A stretch of 64,000 bases of DNA from Octopus sinensis (Eukaryota): assembly GCF_006345805.1 (NCBI RefSeq), contig NC_043006.1, forward strand, positions 92,628,001 to 92,692,000, read 5' to 3'. The notes under the pieces are model-generated. The model saw only the letters and a program-made list of their open reading frames with translations. It had not been told where the DNA came from and made no database searches. Both the position numbers and the translations under genes were made by a program. This document shows, piece after piece, positions 1-12,525 of the stretch. Within the stretch, counting starts at the first letter, position 1. The number at the start of each line of letters is the position of its first letter.

Positions 1-904
1 GATAGCTCCATCATCCGTCAGTCGCTCAGAAACAGAAGTAAAACATCGTCAGAGCTCTGTGCAGACTTCAACAAGACTAGTACTCCACAAATATCAACCA
101 GAACTGTTAGAAGAAGGGTTATAGAGTACGGTCTGAAAGGCTGTAAAGCTAGGAAGAAGCCCTGGGTTTCTGAAGCGAATATGGAAAAACGTCTTCAGTG
201 AGTCACAAACTACTCAAAGTAGACCAGTGAGCAATGGTCAAAAGTCATATGATCTTATGAAAGTAAATATGAGCTAAGATACTACATGTATTCAATCAAC
301 ATATAAACTTAATGTAACTGGCTTGTTACCCAAAGTATTTAAAAAATATCCAGCAAAAAGCTAATACTATTTTTCATGTTTTTACTCAGGTTTTCGGTAT
401 ATCTGGTGCAACTTTCGTGCGTCGCAGAGTTGGGAAACATTTAAGGCTGGATGTCTGGTGCCAACCGTAAAACATGGTGGTGGTTCTATCATAGTGTGGG
501 TTGCATGTTTGCCACAGGACCTGAAGAAATGTTTTTATGTCAGGGATGGATGAATCCGGCTACTTACGTTTCAATGTTATCGGATGTTTTAGAGCCATCA
601 ATTGCTAAATTGCATCCAAGAGTGTCGAAAAACAGTGTTATCCTTCAACAGGACAACGTTCCATGTCATACAGCAAAGAATACTCATCAATGGTTTGAGA
701 CACAGAGTACTGTTCCCATGGACTGGCCAGCTCAAAGTCTCGATCTAAATTCGATCGAACTCCTATGGGGAAATTGAACGTAAATGATAGTCAGCCAGAT
801 ATTAAGATTAATGTATATTGCGAAATATAACATAATCTATCATTTGCACGAGTTTAATTAACATTGAGATTGCAGAACCCCAATACTACTACCTTTGGCC
901 AAGG

Positions 905-907
<3 letters not shown>
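1..907 (+). mobile_element. Decayed Tc1-family (DD34E) DNA transposon; left end lies outside the window
   Basis: Frame 1 reads ISTRTVRRRVIEYGLKGCKARKKP...QWSKVI*SYESKYE, and later VPTVKHGGGSIIVW and QQDNVPCH...DWPAQSLDLNSIELLW, with 34 residues between D and E. The right end ...ttggccaaggctg is followed by TA, then (TA)n; its reverse complement CAGCCTTGGCCAAA resembles a Tc1 TIR. Stops and frameshifts are present. Confidence 0.92.
274..389 (+). other. Putative 116-bp spliceosomal intron in the Tc1 transposase (donor mutated)
   Basis: It interrupts ...ESKYE|VFGISGATFVRRRVG in phase 0. It starts CTAAGA (GTAAGA with G>C), has a branch-like CTAAT at about 361, and ends with the pyrimidine tract ttttcatgtttttactCAG. 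Confidence 0.75.
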
Positions 908-940
<33 letters not shown>

Positions 941-2744
941 GGTGGAGCGTGCGTATGTGCATGTCAGGCGTTAATAAATATACATGAACGATGAATCGTC
1001 GGCCACCTCTGTTCAACAATCGAAATGAGACTGATGAGAAATACGTTTTAATTTAATTAATCGATGCTATATAAGAGCATTATTATGCGGTATACATGAC
1101 AGGAAAACAATTGCTAAATTAATGTCTTACAAACGTATAAGTGTTTAGGTTTAAAAACAGAGAAGAGGCGATTTCGTTGAGTCATGAGTTGTACCGTATT
1201 TTTAACGACCCAGAAAGTGTCAATGACAGCTTGACATTAGCAGAATTTAAACCTTGCTGGGAAAAGACGAAACAAAATAACAGATACTGTTTAGTTTAGT
1301 TTCCGCCAGTACTGTTAATGTCGAACCAATACCTTGATAAATTCATGTATTGATAATGAAGTAATAGACTTATATGTATTTCTGTTCCCCAAACGAATTG
1401 GCTTCCCTTTAGATGTAGTGTATCTGTTTCCTTTCATACAGATGATTGTATACTTGTGTCTACATATAACTTCTGATGTATCTGAAATAAATAACTAATG
1501 ACTTGAGATTTTCGGTTAGAATATCCCAAGCTTTCTTAACTATATTCAAATTATTTTGTTTTGCTCTTGTTTCCCGTTGTTAGCGCAATCTATTTTCATT
1601 TTACTTTCGCATTCCTTTTATGAAAAATTATTCATAGTATATACCAGTCTTTTACTATTTTACTGTCAACTTTATTATGATTTCTCGAAGTCTGTAACAG
1701 TTCAATTTAAATAAGACAGAGATTGAATAGTTGTATTACCATATTCCATACAATGGCGTATTGGAAATATTGGCAGTTTTTTTTTTCTCTCATAGAAATC
1801 AAAACATTTCTATCCGCATCCAACAAATACTATTGTGTCTTCGCTTGATTTATTGCCCAGTCTATTAACCACCACCATTCCAGCCTTGTCTGAATAATGC
1901 ACAAACTAAACCGTTCCCGCTTCTTGATGTGTTTCTATTATTTTGTTGTATTTATCAATGTCTAAGACAGATAATGGCAAAGGATACACAGTTCGGTCGA
2001 TTATTCTTGCTTCACAATCTCAATTCATTTATTATATATTGTAGAGTAGTTTGGCCAGCGCTCGTGCTATCGAAACTCAGCGAATGATTCGTATGCGTAT
2101 ACAAAACAAAAATGCACATATGTCTGTCAATCTCTATTGTCCTCTGCACATACACACGCAGACACACACACACACACCACACACACACACACACAAACAC
2201 ATGTGTGTATGATTTTCTCTGTAAACATAAATGCATATAGACATGCGTTTGTGTCTGTAAAACTATATTTCTCAATGTGAACTAAGTATTATACTGTACA
2301 TGTTCGTAAACTCATCTTTGGATTAAACACAACAAATAGAACATAAGACATTAGCATCAACATACGTAAGTATCTATTCTGGAAGAATGTTTTTTCCCCA
2401 ACACATTCCCACTTCTTAACCTAGTACACAAACTGTATTTATAATGTATGTTATAATATCCCAACCTATTCTGATGTGATTTCCAGTTTCAATGAAACCT
2501 GCATTATATAACTGACATCAGGTATTTTATCCATGTTTAAAAAAATATGCAGAAAAAAAGACGCACTCTCTCTCTGCTGGAATCCTTTGAAGGTAGCTTG
2601 CCAGATGCCTTCCTTATAATGGGAACACGTGGGGTTTTGACACTTACAGAAGTCACTCAGGAAGCTACAGATGCATAGTTCAAACACTGTCATTGGTTTG
2701 TCCATTTCAAAGTAAAGGCTATGTATGTATGGATGTATGTATGT

Positions 2745-2995
2745 CTCTCCTAGTTTTATTATTATAAATCTGCCACTGGGGACGGACCCGGTTTCCAACA
2801 AAGACACAAGGCTCCATCTTATGGATGTAGTTAACACAGACAGATTCACATTTGGAACTTGAGAAAAGTCTGGCATATTTTTACTGTTCCACTTAGAGAT
2901 TTGACTTGTACAAATCAGTCGGTCAATTTCACTTTCTGAAAATCGCAGTTTATCCAGGTTTTCCTTTCAGCATTAACTAACAAAACGTAGTATTC
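2745..2995 (-). mobile_element. 3' end of an RLE-type (R4/Dong-like) non-LTR retrotransposon, copy 3
   Basis: The minus strand reads KENLDKLRFSESEIDRLI..QVKSLSGTVKICQTFLKFQM*, followed by a 3' UTR and (CATA)n. Confidence 0.8.
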
Positions 2996-3034
2996 CATGT
3001 ATGCATGTATGTATGCATGCACGTATGTATGTAA

Positions 3035-3200
3035 GTTCTGTTTTGCTTTAATTATTCAAATCATTCATCTCAGGAAGGAGCTGAGATGGAGATAAAAACA
3101 ATGCCACAATTTAAACTTGAGGAAAGTATTGCATACTTTTACTGTTGCACTTACAAATTGCTTCTAATTCTAATTATTTGAAGTATTCTTTTAGTTTACA
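3035..3200 (-). mobile_element. 3' end of an RLE-type non-LTR retrotransposon, copy 2
   Basis: The minus strand reads FVSATVKVCNTFLKFKL, followed by a short UTR and a (CATA)n-like tract at about 2996-3033. Confidence 0.7.
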
Positions 3201-3239
3201 ACAAAGATACAAGGATCTAGAGTTGAAATATACATAGAA

Positions 3240-3780
3240 TTATGTCATATGTTGAACTTTAGAAAGGTTTCGCACATTTTTTACTGTTCCACTTACGATT
3301 AATTGTATTTGTGATTGTATAGTACGTAAATGTATTCTTTTTATGTCTGAGAACCTTAGCTTTTCCAGATTACCACTTAGGCATTTACTTACAAAACCAA
3401 CTGCACCAATTCTTATTAGTATAAATGTGAATTTATAATCTGGATATAGGAGCTGAAGGTTTCAAAACAGCTGTCCGCAGTTATCTTCTGCCTCTCTTAT
3501 ATTCGAAGTGATATTCACATCAGCCGGATAGATGGCCTATATGATCTTACATACTTTTTATTGCCTGTCCCAAATCTGGTTTCTTATGTGTGCCCTTGAA
3601 AGACACTTTGATGGGAATGTTCCGCCCAGTATTCCTGGCATGGATGTTTCTTTATGTATTCAAAAGTAAGGGGGAAATATAATTTCAGATGGTAACGTAT
3701 ATTTATTTAACATCACGTTGTTTTGAGATATTGTACCTGAAGACATATTCGAGGAGCTCTGCTTTTATATATGTCTCTAC
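3240..3780 (-). mobile_element. 3' end of an RLE-type non-LTR retrotransposon, copy 1 (restriction-like endonuclease remnant)
   Basis: The frameshifted minus strand gives HKKPDL..YPADVNITSNIREAEDNCGQL..NLQLLYPDYKFTFILIRIGAVGFVSKCLSGNLEKLRFSD..IVSGTVK..CETFLKFNI*, a PD-(D/E)xK RLE C-terminus. Confidence 0.8.
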
Positions 3781-3784
3781 GCAC

Positions 3785-3890
3785 GTATGTATGTATGTAT
3801 GTATGTATGTATGTATGTATGTATGATGTATGTATGTATGTATGTATGTATGTATGCATGCATGCATGTATGTATGTATGTATGTATGTA
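3785..3890. repeat. (TATG)n microsatellite
   Basis: Directly visible tandem tetranucleotide with a few CATG variants. Confidence 0.97.
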
Positions 3891-3898
3891 AATATGTA

Positions 3899-4751
3899 CC
3901 TAGAGGAGGTACAATAGTAAACGGAAACGTTTTCTGTAGGCTTCCGCCGCTACACGTCACTTGATGTAACCATCAGGCGTCAGCATTCCGACTGGCATCA
4001 TCGCGGGAAGTCCTACTGCCACGTGGTGTCTCATTGTTTTGCAGTGCTTCTCCGCTATCGTCGATTTTTTTATGATGGCTCAAACGAAGGAACTGCATGT
4101 TTCCGAGAAATTCTGCTTTCTGCTAGAGACATCGTCGGCCGAAACAATTGTCAGACTTCAGAGTTTACAAGGACCTTGTGCTATGAGCAAAACACAAGTT
4201 TACGAGTGATTTTTAACGCTTTAGGAATGGTCAATTGTCGCTTGAAGACCAACCTCGTTCAGGACGATCGTCGACCTCTTGAATGAATGAAAGCATCATG
4301 AGTTGATCTTAGAGGACACATCACCGAACAATTGACGAATTTGTTGATATGACCAAAGAAGTTTGAGTGAGGAATTGCGAAGGAAAAGAGTTGCAGCAAA
4401 ATCTGTGCCTTGATTGCTCACGGAAGATCAAATGCAGTCCCGACTGAATGCGTGTCGTGACCTGAAAGAACAGTTGGAAATTGATCTGGACTTCTTTTTG
4501 ATGGTCATCACTAGTGACGAAAGCCAGTGCTACGGAATTTTCAGACGTAGAAGCGAAGAAAAACAACGGAGGCGTTAAAAGGCATCACTTCTCAAGGGTT
4601 CCAGGGCTGTTTCGAACAGTAACAAAGAAAAGCATCTGGACCGATCCAATGCCTCAAATAGAGAAGACATTGAAGACGATAAAAGTGGAAACTTTTAAAA
4701 CTAAGTGAATAAAATATTGCAAAATTCCCGTTTCTTTTGGGTACCCCCTCG
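3899..4751 (+). mobile_element. Internally deleted mariner element
   Basis: The right TIR is ...aattcccgtttcttttgggtaccccctcg followed by TA, with a degenerate left match at about 3899. Translation gives KFCFLL..AMSKTQVYE..LEDQPRSGRSS..KRVAAKSVP*LLTEDQ..VITSDESQCYG fused directly to C-terminal remnants (EALKGITSQGFQGCFEQ). Confidence 0.88.
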
Positions 4752-7700
4752 TATGTACATCAGTATTGTTCAGATATATGTATGTCATTATTGTTCAGAT
4801 GTATTTATGTATATATGTATGTATTGTTCAGCAAAGAAAAGCCCATGCTGAATATATTCAAACGTATTTAACTCTGGTTTCATTTTGCCAATTCTGGAGA
4901 AGGGAATACATTTTTCCGATTACAGTTAGACCCTAACTGTCCGTATTAGACAGTCGAGAAAAATTATTTCGGTTAAATAGCTTTACGTCTAACAGACCAA
5001 CTAACAAAGAAATGAAGATATACTGAACACAATTCCTTTAATAAATGGGATTTACTGTATATAGTTTTGTCATTTTTAAACGTATTAAGTGGATAGAATG
5101 CCACTTAAAAATAGCAAACAAGGAACCCGCTCAACGTGTGGTAGTTTCGGTAAACAAAACAAGTTCTTCGTTTCAGTGTCTGTAACACAAGTTCCATAAA
5201 ACGTTTACATTTCCGCTTTTAATCATTGCAAACGAAAAACAATTATAGCCACAGTGTTATTCTCGAGTACGAGTTCTATCATGTAGAGCCCAGCAAGTAT
5301 TTACTGAGCCTCGAATTTCGTGAAATTGTTGTTGATATACTGACGTTTGACCATTCTCGAAATTTTTAAAGCGTGTATAAATATCTATATACATATTTAT
5401 ATACATGACGTGAGCATGTTTGTGTGTAAAAATCATACTCTACTTAAAACTGTGTCTCACTATTACTTCAAGTCTGAAGTGTTTTTTTGACAGGTCAGCA
5501 GGCGAGATCAGCTGTCATGATAATTGGTTGTATATGTCTGTGGCAAATACGGAGACGGCTTTCATGATCTTTTCTTGTGTGTGACTTATCACGTATCATA
5601 AGCCCTATGAATGTGTATTAACGAGTTCATCTCACTGTAACGCTACCTGTTGCTTTTATCTCTATCGTAATCGTTGAAGCACTCTGGTTTTAAAGTTATT
5701 TAGAATCAAGCTCTTCGAAGCAAAACACCAGCAAGTATTAATCTAGATTCAAGAAAGCTGCCATCTCGTACATAAGGTCTTTGCCGTAACTCAAGAATGT
5801 ACAAACCCCATTATTTTGCTTTACTTTTATAGTTTATAGACAAAAATATATTTTTAAATAGGGTAGAAAAAATTATTTCCGAGTTCCGTTTAATAGAAAC
5901 TGCTGTATGTAAACGTGTATCGATTTCGTGGAAATACCAATGAGTTTAAATAATAGCAATAAGAGACTGTGTACGTTAAGACTCGATATGTTTGCAATAT
6001 AATCTTATATAAAATTGTGAAAAAAATATTCTCTCAAGATACAGAAATATTGTAAACTTAATCAGCAATCTTGGGCAAGATATTCTAAATTCTTCGCCAT
6101 CCGTAAATGACAAGAATTACTTACACTAATATCACTGAAAATGTGTAATTATTTCAAACAGTCGTTTTATTTCTTGAATATATAGTTGTTTTAAATGTTC
6201 ATAGACGATTATATAGGCAAATTATATAGGCAATTTATTTCATTAGAAATTATTTACTATTTTAAACATAGTTTTGCATTTAGTAATGACGATTTAATTA
6301 CTATTTTCATACAATGCATAAGTAACAGCATATTACGTACAAGGATGTTAGTTTAGTATATATAACGAAGAGTAAGCTAGATTTCGGATTTAGGATATGT
6401 ACCTTTCATGTGGGACTTAAATTCTATTTAGAAAGTGTATATTTTTACCTTTAATATACAAATGTTCGTCGGTGTAATGTGTGCTAAGAGATTCGATTAA
6501 AATATTAAATCTGTCAATAGTGTGAAGTACCAAAACTAGTAGACTGAACTATGCAGTTATTTCGGTCACGAGAGTAGAAAGCTATTGAGGAAATAGTTTT
6601 TCCTATTACCATACATTTCCAATTACAAATATAAAAGGTAACCTATCAGATATTATTATTCAGATAATATCGCAAATTAATGCGAATATATTACATATCC
6701 CAACTTGTAAAAACGTTTCAGTAGTTAAAATAAAACAATTCCATAGACAATATATAGAATATCATATACTCTTCAAAGACGAGGTTTACATATAACTATA
6801 ATCATGTTTTTAGAACAAAGTTACGTTTTCTCTAAGGAGAAGAGATAGTGTCAAAACTAATTTTTTTAATGGCAATAAAGTCATTAACAGCAGAGTTTTC
6901 AAAAGAAAATATTTCTAAATCAGAACAATAATGCGAATTTTTAATAACAAAATATTTTCTCTCCGGTAGTATATTCAATTGAGCATAAGGCAATGTCAGC
7001 ACAATTTAGTGCAAAATGTGTGAATATTTGTAATGATTTCCCATTATATGATTTAGTACTGGACTCGTAAATTCATATTTAGAGATGAAACAATTTAAAA
7101 TATATCTAGATATTGATTTTGTTATTATCAGTAATATTGCTTAAGTCTGGTACAGCACTGTCTGAACAAATCTATATTCAAAGCTATCCACATATGACAA
7201 TCTCGCCTTTTTCCTATGCACAACGATTTCAAGAACACATTATGTTAAATTAAACACGGATGCAAATTGAGGGAGTTTTTGCTTTTTTTTTCATGGCATG
7301 CCAAATTAACACGTAAACTCTAATTGATGAGTTAATTGAGAAAAGTGTACCAAGTCGTGAAACAAAATACCTCATAATTTGGAAGTTTGTATTTGATTAA
7401 ATTATCTTCTCGATGGATTTGTTCTGGGAACGTTAATGGATGTAACTAAATGCCAGAAGAGATTTCTCTTGACGCTCTGTTTCTGAAACTCCACTTGTCT
7501 TTTAAACATATAAATAAGAATTTGAAAGAAGGTTCTGAAGTCTCAAATTCGAGAGCTGACATAGAATATTATATTCGAAACTTGTACTGAGCTGGTACTT
7601 TTATCGAGAACCGAAATTGAATGAGTTCATTTTATCTCAGAAGTCAGCCGCAAGATAAAGACACATAACTAAATTTCGAAAAGGATTCTGTTTGGTGTGT

Positions 7701-8199
7701 AAAGTTTGTGGAAATCCTCCCTTTATTTCAACATATAATAAATTAAAAATACTTTTAATGGTATAAAAAATCCTGCCAAGTGAAATAGCGAACTTTAGTG
7801 TTTTATACGTCTATATCTTTAAACTTGCTAACAAGTCCCATTTAGCAATAGCAAGATCATATGTCAAGACAATATAGAAGCCTGTGATGTTTCACCGAAA
7901 GACGGCATGAAACGTCCTACTCACATTTTGATCAAGGGTTCGGTTCTCAGATGTAAGCATTATTATTTTAATTGGGGAAACCGATAACTGGACACGTAGG
8001 GACGATAGTTCTGATTTAGGTTTACAAACATACAGCTGCATTCTGTTCTGTGACTATCAAAACATTCGCGTCGTGGTCGAAAATGTGATGAAATCTTCCT
8101 TCATTCTATAGGCACAAGGCCTGAAATTTGAAGGGTTAAGCATTTTGCCACCAGCATGCTAACGATTCTGCTCGCTCACCGCCTAAAAGGGATGCAATG

Positions 8200-8395
8200 T
8201 TGGTTTCAAATTTTGGCACAAGATCAGTAATTTCGGAAGAGGGGGAATGAGTCGATTACATCGATCTTAGGAATTAACTGATACTTATTTTATCGATTCC
8301 GAATGGATGAAAGGCAAAGACGTCCTCGGTGGAACGCAAAGACGGACGAAATGCTGCGAAGCAATTTCCCTGGTGCGTTAAAATTTCCACCGCCA
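8200..8395 (-). mobile_element. tRNA-derived SINE family B (Deu/Nin-like core), degenerate
   Basis: Matches the other copies, with core ...atcgattccgaatggatgaaaggcaaag... Confidence 0.75.
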
Positions 8396-8715
8396 GGAGG
8401 TCTTAATGTAATGAAATTTTAACCGCTTTAAAATGCCAATACCTTATTTGAGTAGAGTAGCATAATGTAACAATGATATTACTTCGCCTGTAACGAAAGT
8501 TAGTATACATTTACCAAACCAGAACCACATCCGTTTCTGACAGCCCTGAATAATAAGATACGCTATTAATTAGTTCTAATTTCCATTATCTTGTATCTCT
8601 TATTGTTACTGTTATCTTTCTGTATTTCTGAGAGTTACCTCAAATATATGGAATATTGAGATTACCAGGTTAATATATAACTGTGCCTTTTAAAATTTTC
8701 CAGTATTCTCATCTC

Positions 8716-9165
8716 TAAGGCAGAGAGCTTGCAGAACCAACAGCATGCTGAATAAAAGGCTTTGGGGCATTTCGTCTGTCTTTACGGTCTGAGTTCAGAT
8801 TTCACCGGGGTCAACATTGACTTTAATCTTTTAGGGGTCGATAAAATAAGTACCAGTTGAACACTGGGGTTGATGTAATCGACTTACCCCCTTCACCTAA
8901 GTTGCTGGCTGTGAGCCAAAGTTTGAACCCAAAATTTCCATTCCCTTAGGAAGCGAGCTGGCAGAAACATCAGTGCATAGAACAGGGCTAAGCGGTGCTT
9001 TTTTCGAAAATTTACGTTCTAAGTTCGATTTACGCAGAGACCGATTTTGCCATGCATTCCTTCTTTCGGGGTCGGTAAAACAAGTATTTCTTCAGTAATG
9101 AAGTTGAATATAATCGATTAATTCCCTCCCCATATTTCTGGTTTTGAGTCAAAATTTGAAGTCGT
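8716..9165 (+). mobile_element. Two head-to-tail degenerate SINE family B copies (about 8716-8930 and 8950-9165)
   Basis: Heads aaggcagagagcttgcagaa and aggaagcgagctggcagaaac, followed by ggggtcgataaaataagtaccag-like cores. Confidence 0.8.
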
Positions 9166-9224
9166 TTTCCTCAGTCCCTTACACCTTATGTGCATCTGTG
9201 CGCGCGCGCGTGTGTATGTAACTG

Positions 9225-9510
9225 GCTCTTCGGCGGTGGCGACGAAGCGTGCTTTATTTGATCAGATCAGCGAAGCAACCTACTGGTGAAATTAACGTGC
9301 AAGTCGCTGAGTACCCCACAGACATATGTACACTTAACGTAATTCTCAAGGAGATTCAGCGTGGTACAGGAGGTGACAAGGTTGGCCCATTGGATTATAG
9401 GTATAATCCATTTTGCCTGGTGAGTTAACTGGAGCAACCGGAATTAGACTTTCTCAAGAAGACAATGCACCACAACCGAATGCACTGACCCCTAACCACG
9501 ACCCTTCGCT
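9225..9510 (-). mobile_element. Degenerate tRNA-headed SINE with a CORE-like domain
   Basis: The reverse complement shows a gtggttagggg head and a ttgctccagttaactca central block resembling CORE-type SINEs. Confidence 0.5.
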
Positions 9511-9519
9511 ACACTCATA

Positions 9520-9625
9520 GACTGTCAAATCACAACGAGGACCTCAGACAGATAAAGTACTTCATGCAATATGCGTGCAGTTCCAAGTAAAGCCATTTTA
9601 CTATTAATATTATCGGAAATGCTAA
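9520..9625 (-). mobile_element. Extreme 3' fragment of an R4/Dong-like retrotransposon
   Basis: The minus strand reads KMALLGTARILHEVL, homologous to KIVLMGTAHILRKIL at the end of the 28-30.6 kb element. Confidence 0.65.
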
Positions 9626-10355
9626 TGCATTTGCGAAATTTCACTTGCTTGGAATTTCTGATACGAATTTCTGACCTATTTCTTTCAAAGCGACGATACA
9701 TTCGGTCGTAATACCGGACCTTCGGCAAATTGTGGAAAAAAATGTATAATTCCTGTATGAATGTGTTCTCAAATTAGCCTCTTTCTCTCTGTCTGTTTCT
9801 CTCTCTCTCTCTCACTCGCGCGCGCTATATATATGTGTATGTGTGTGAGTTTACGTGTATGTGTGTCTGTGTGCGAGTGCATGTGTTGCGGATCCTTTGG
9901 AAAAATAATTTTCTTAACACATATAGTAGAGAAAATGTAAAGCAATTTCATCTCTTGGGGGACAAAACAAACAAGAAACCTATATATTTATCGTATTTCT
10001 GTATCTCTCTCACATGCTACAGATGATGGAAGAGGCAGCGAAAGCGGTGTTTTCTGGTTGATTGAAAAAATCAATTATCAAACTTTGAACACCTGTAACA
10101 TTTTTCGTAAATTTTTTTTCTGGAATAAATGAATAACAAATTAAGATTCACCGTCACAAATTACGTCTAAATGATACATTAAAACATTATTTTAAAGATT
10201 TCAACGTACAGGCAGAGAAGTAGCTGTATGGTAAGTAGCTTGCTTACCCGCGACATAGTTCCGGATTCAGTCCCACTGCGTGGCACCTTGGGCAAGTGTC
10301 TTCTACTATAGCCTCGGGCCAACCAAAGCCTTGTGAATGGATTTGGTGACGTCGC

Positions 10356-10385
<30 letters not shown>

Positions 10386-10387
<2 letters not shown>

Positions 10388-11142
10388 TCAAATTATTACA
10401 TTATATATATATATATATATATATTCAAATTATTACATTATATAAAAGGGCTTAGTAAAACAAAGCCTTTTACTAAGCCCTTTTATATAATGTAATAATT
10501 TGAATTCGCCTTAAATGGTCCCTTTGCATACTGAATACTTGGTGAAATTGATTATTAATTAATTTTACCCTCAATTGTTGAAATTATAATTCATCTCTCT
10601 CTATATAATGCCTCGGATTTTACCGAAAAAAGCATAGTGTTTACTGATTTTAACCCACGCTGGTGGAAAGGGGAGAGCAGAAATTCTTCGCTTGCATTTT
10701 TGAGTTTGTTGGCACTGTTAGTTTCGAGCAGATCTTCAGAAGCGATAAGAAGCCGAAAGGGTATGCTCCCACTTTCAGTGTTTTCAAATCCAAACCAGGG
10801 AGTTCTGAGCTGATGATAGAAATGTCGAGTTTGACTAATCTTGAAACGTACGTTCTCAAATAACCTTTGCATTTGATTTTTTAATGTCTCTGCCCCCATA
10901 CTTTCGTGAGTTGAATTGAGCAAACACTATATGAGAGAGGTTTTCTTTAAGTATTAGAAATAGTTTTAAAAAAGTTTTTTTAGCTGCTATTTCTAATGAG
11001 TTCAGTATGCGGCAAAGTAATTTATTTTACTAAGCCCTTTTATATAATGTAATAATTTGAATTCGCCTTAAATGGTCCCTTTGCATACTGAATACTTGGT
11101 GAAATTGATTAATTAATTAATTTTACCCTCAATTGTTGAAAT

Positions 11143-11146
<4 letters not shown>
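10386..11146 (+). mobile_element. Non-coding Penelope-like/retrozyme-like element with direct repeats and an inverted 5' end
   Basis: About 121-bp direct repeats at 10468-10588 and 11025-11146; a 38-bp inverted copy at 10423-10460; an internal hammerhead motif; TA tracts on both flanks. Confidence 0.8.
10806..10858 (+). ncRNA. Type I hammerhead ribozyme motif (intact core)
   Basis: TGAG-CTGATGA-[tAGAaatGTCGagttTGACtaaTCTt]-GAAA-CGTACG-TT-CTCA. Stem I is TGAG/CTCA and stem III is palindromic. Predicted cleavage is after GUU at 10854. The base of stem II is weak (U-U). Confidence 0.75.
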
Positions 11147-11198
<52 letters not shown>

Positions 11199-12284
11199 CG
11201 TGCATGTTTGTGTGTCTGTGTTTGTTCCCCCAACATCACTTGACAACCGATGCTGGTGTGTTTACGTCCCCATAACTTAGTGGTTCGGCAAAAGAAATCG
11301 ATAGAATAAGTACTAGGCTTACAAAGAATAAGTCCTGGGGTGGATTTGTTCAACGAAAGGCGCTGCTCCAGCATGGACTCAGTCAAATAACTGAAATTAG
11401 TAAAAGAATAAAAGTGTACACTGACTCAAACCACAAAGTACCTCCGCCTTCTTCGAGCCTGTGCATTTAAGATACACTTAGTTTCTGCTTCGTACGTAAT
11501 ATCAGTAGGTTCCTCTGTATCAATATTCATATTATACATATTGATAAAGTTTATCCAATGTGTCTCATTCATCTTCTCAGTTCTCGTATTGGTTGCTAAC
11601 TTGTGTAATACAATGTATAAATTCATTCATACAGAAACAAACCAACGCGAATACATATGTATATATCTATATATACATATTTATAAGAACAATGATATAT
11701 AACACTTTGCATGTGTATACGTGTCTATACATGACCATGTTGGAGGCGTCTGCTTAAATTTTATCTTTGTCACTTCACTTTTCAGTGAAGCAGCTGTTTG
11801 AGAATAAGCCATTCTCTATGAATAATGAATGATATGTCACATTCGATAATACATATAATGTAATTTTCACTTCCGCGCCCAGCGTTATACATTACTGATA
11901 CCATGCAGTATGTTTCGACTACGTCAAAGAAACGATTGTGAGAAATGGTGTGGATGACATCGTGTATAACATGAGAGAACCATTTATTTTATAGCAAGTG
12001 CAACAACTGTTTTAACAATTGTTTGTATCTTGCAACTTTCAGTAAGCTTGATAGATGATGATTGTAATCAAACGAAAATTAGTAAGTAAATGAAAGAATG
12101 AATACAATTGGTAACTTGTATATTTCTGTGTTGAATGCCATTTAAAGAAACTTTATAATTTTATAGCAAATATCTAGAAGATTAATGACTGTTTTTATTT
12201 TATTAACTCATCGAAAACCAACTATCATATTTATGACAATCCTGGCATAAATATTCTATCGGCGAAAGGGACCGATAGATTATG

Positions 12285-12525
12285 TACACCGCTAAGAAGG
12301 GAGGGACAAAAACTAAGACGTGAGGTAGAAGGGGCTAAAAAAAGCGGGAAAGCATTAGGTTTAGCTGCAGTACCGATTGAGCTGATCAAGTGTAAAGGAA
12401 AGAGAGTTACAATACGCCAAAATCTCTGCTGTAAGATATGGAGAGAAGGGGAATTGCCGTCAGATCGGTGCATAGCAGAATATGTATCCATTCAGAAAGC
12501 GAGGGATCTCCTCTGTGAGAATGTA
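12285..12525 (+). mobile_element. RTE-like LINE reverse transcriptase fragment
   Basis: Reads LRREVEGAKKSGKALGLAAVPIELIKCKGKRV..LCCKIWREGELPSDRCIAEYVSIQKARDL.CEN, the non-LTR RT subdomain 0-1 pattern. Confidence 0.7.

Larger units (their letters stand above)
10210..11414 (+). mobile_element. SINE family A, split by an insertion into its central microsatellite
   Basis: The head (10210-10355, ...gtaagtagcttgcttac...gttccggattcagtcccactgcgtggcacc) and tail (11165-11414, ...gtttacgtcccc..aacttag..gctccagcatgg) match the intact copy at 31969-32410. Confidence 0.9.

Noticed and set aside
7845-7952. Possible exon (ag|..NSKIICQDNIEACDVSPKDGMKRPTHILIKGSVLR|gtaagc) overlapping a small hairpin
   Set aside because: The acceptor is weak, and there is no recognisable homology or partner exon.
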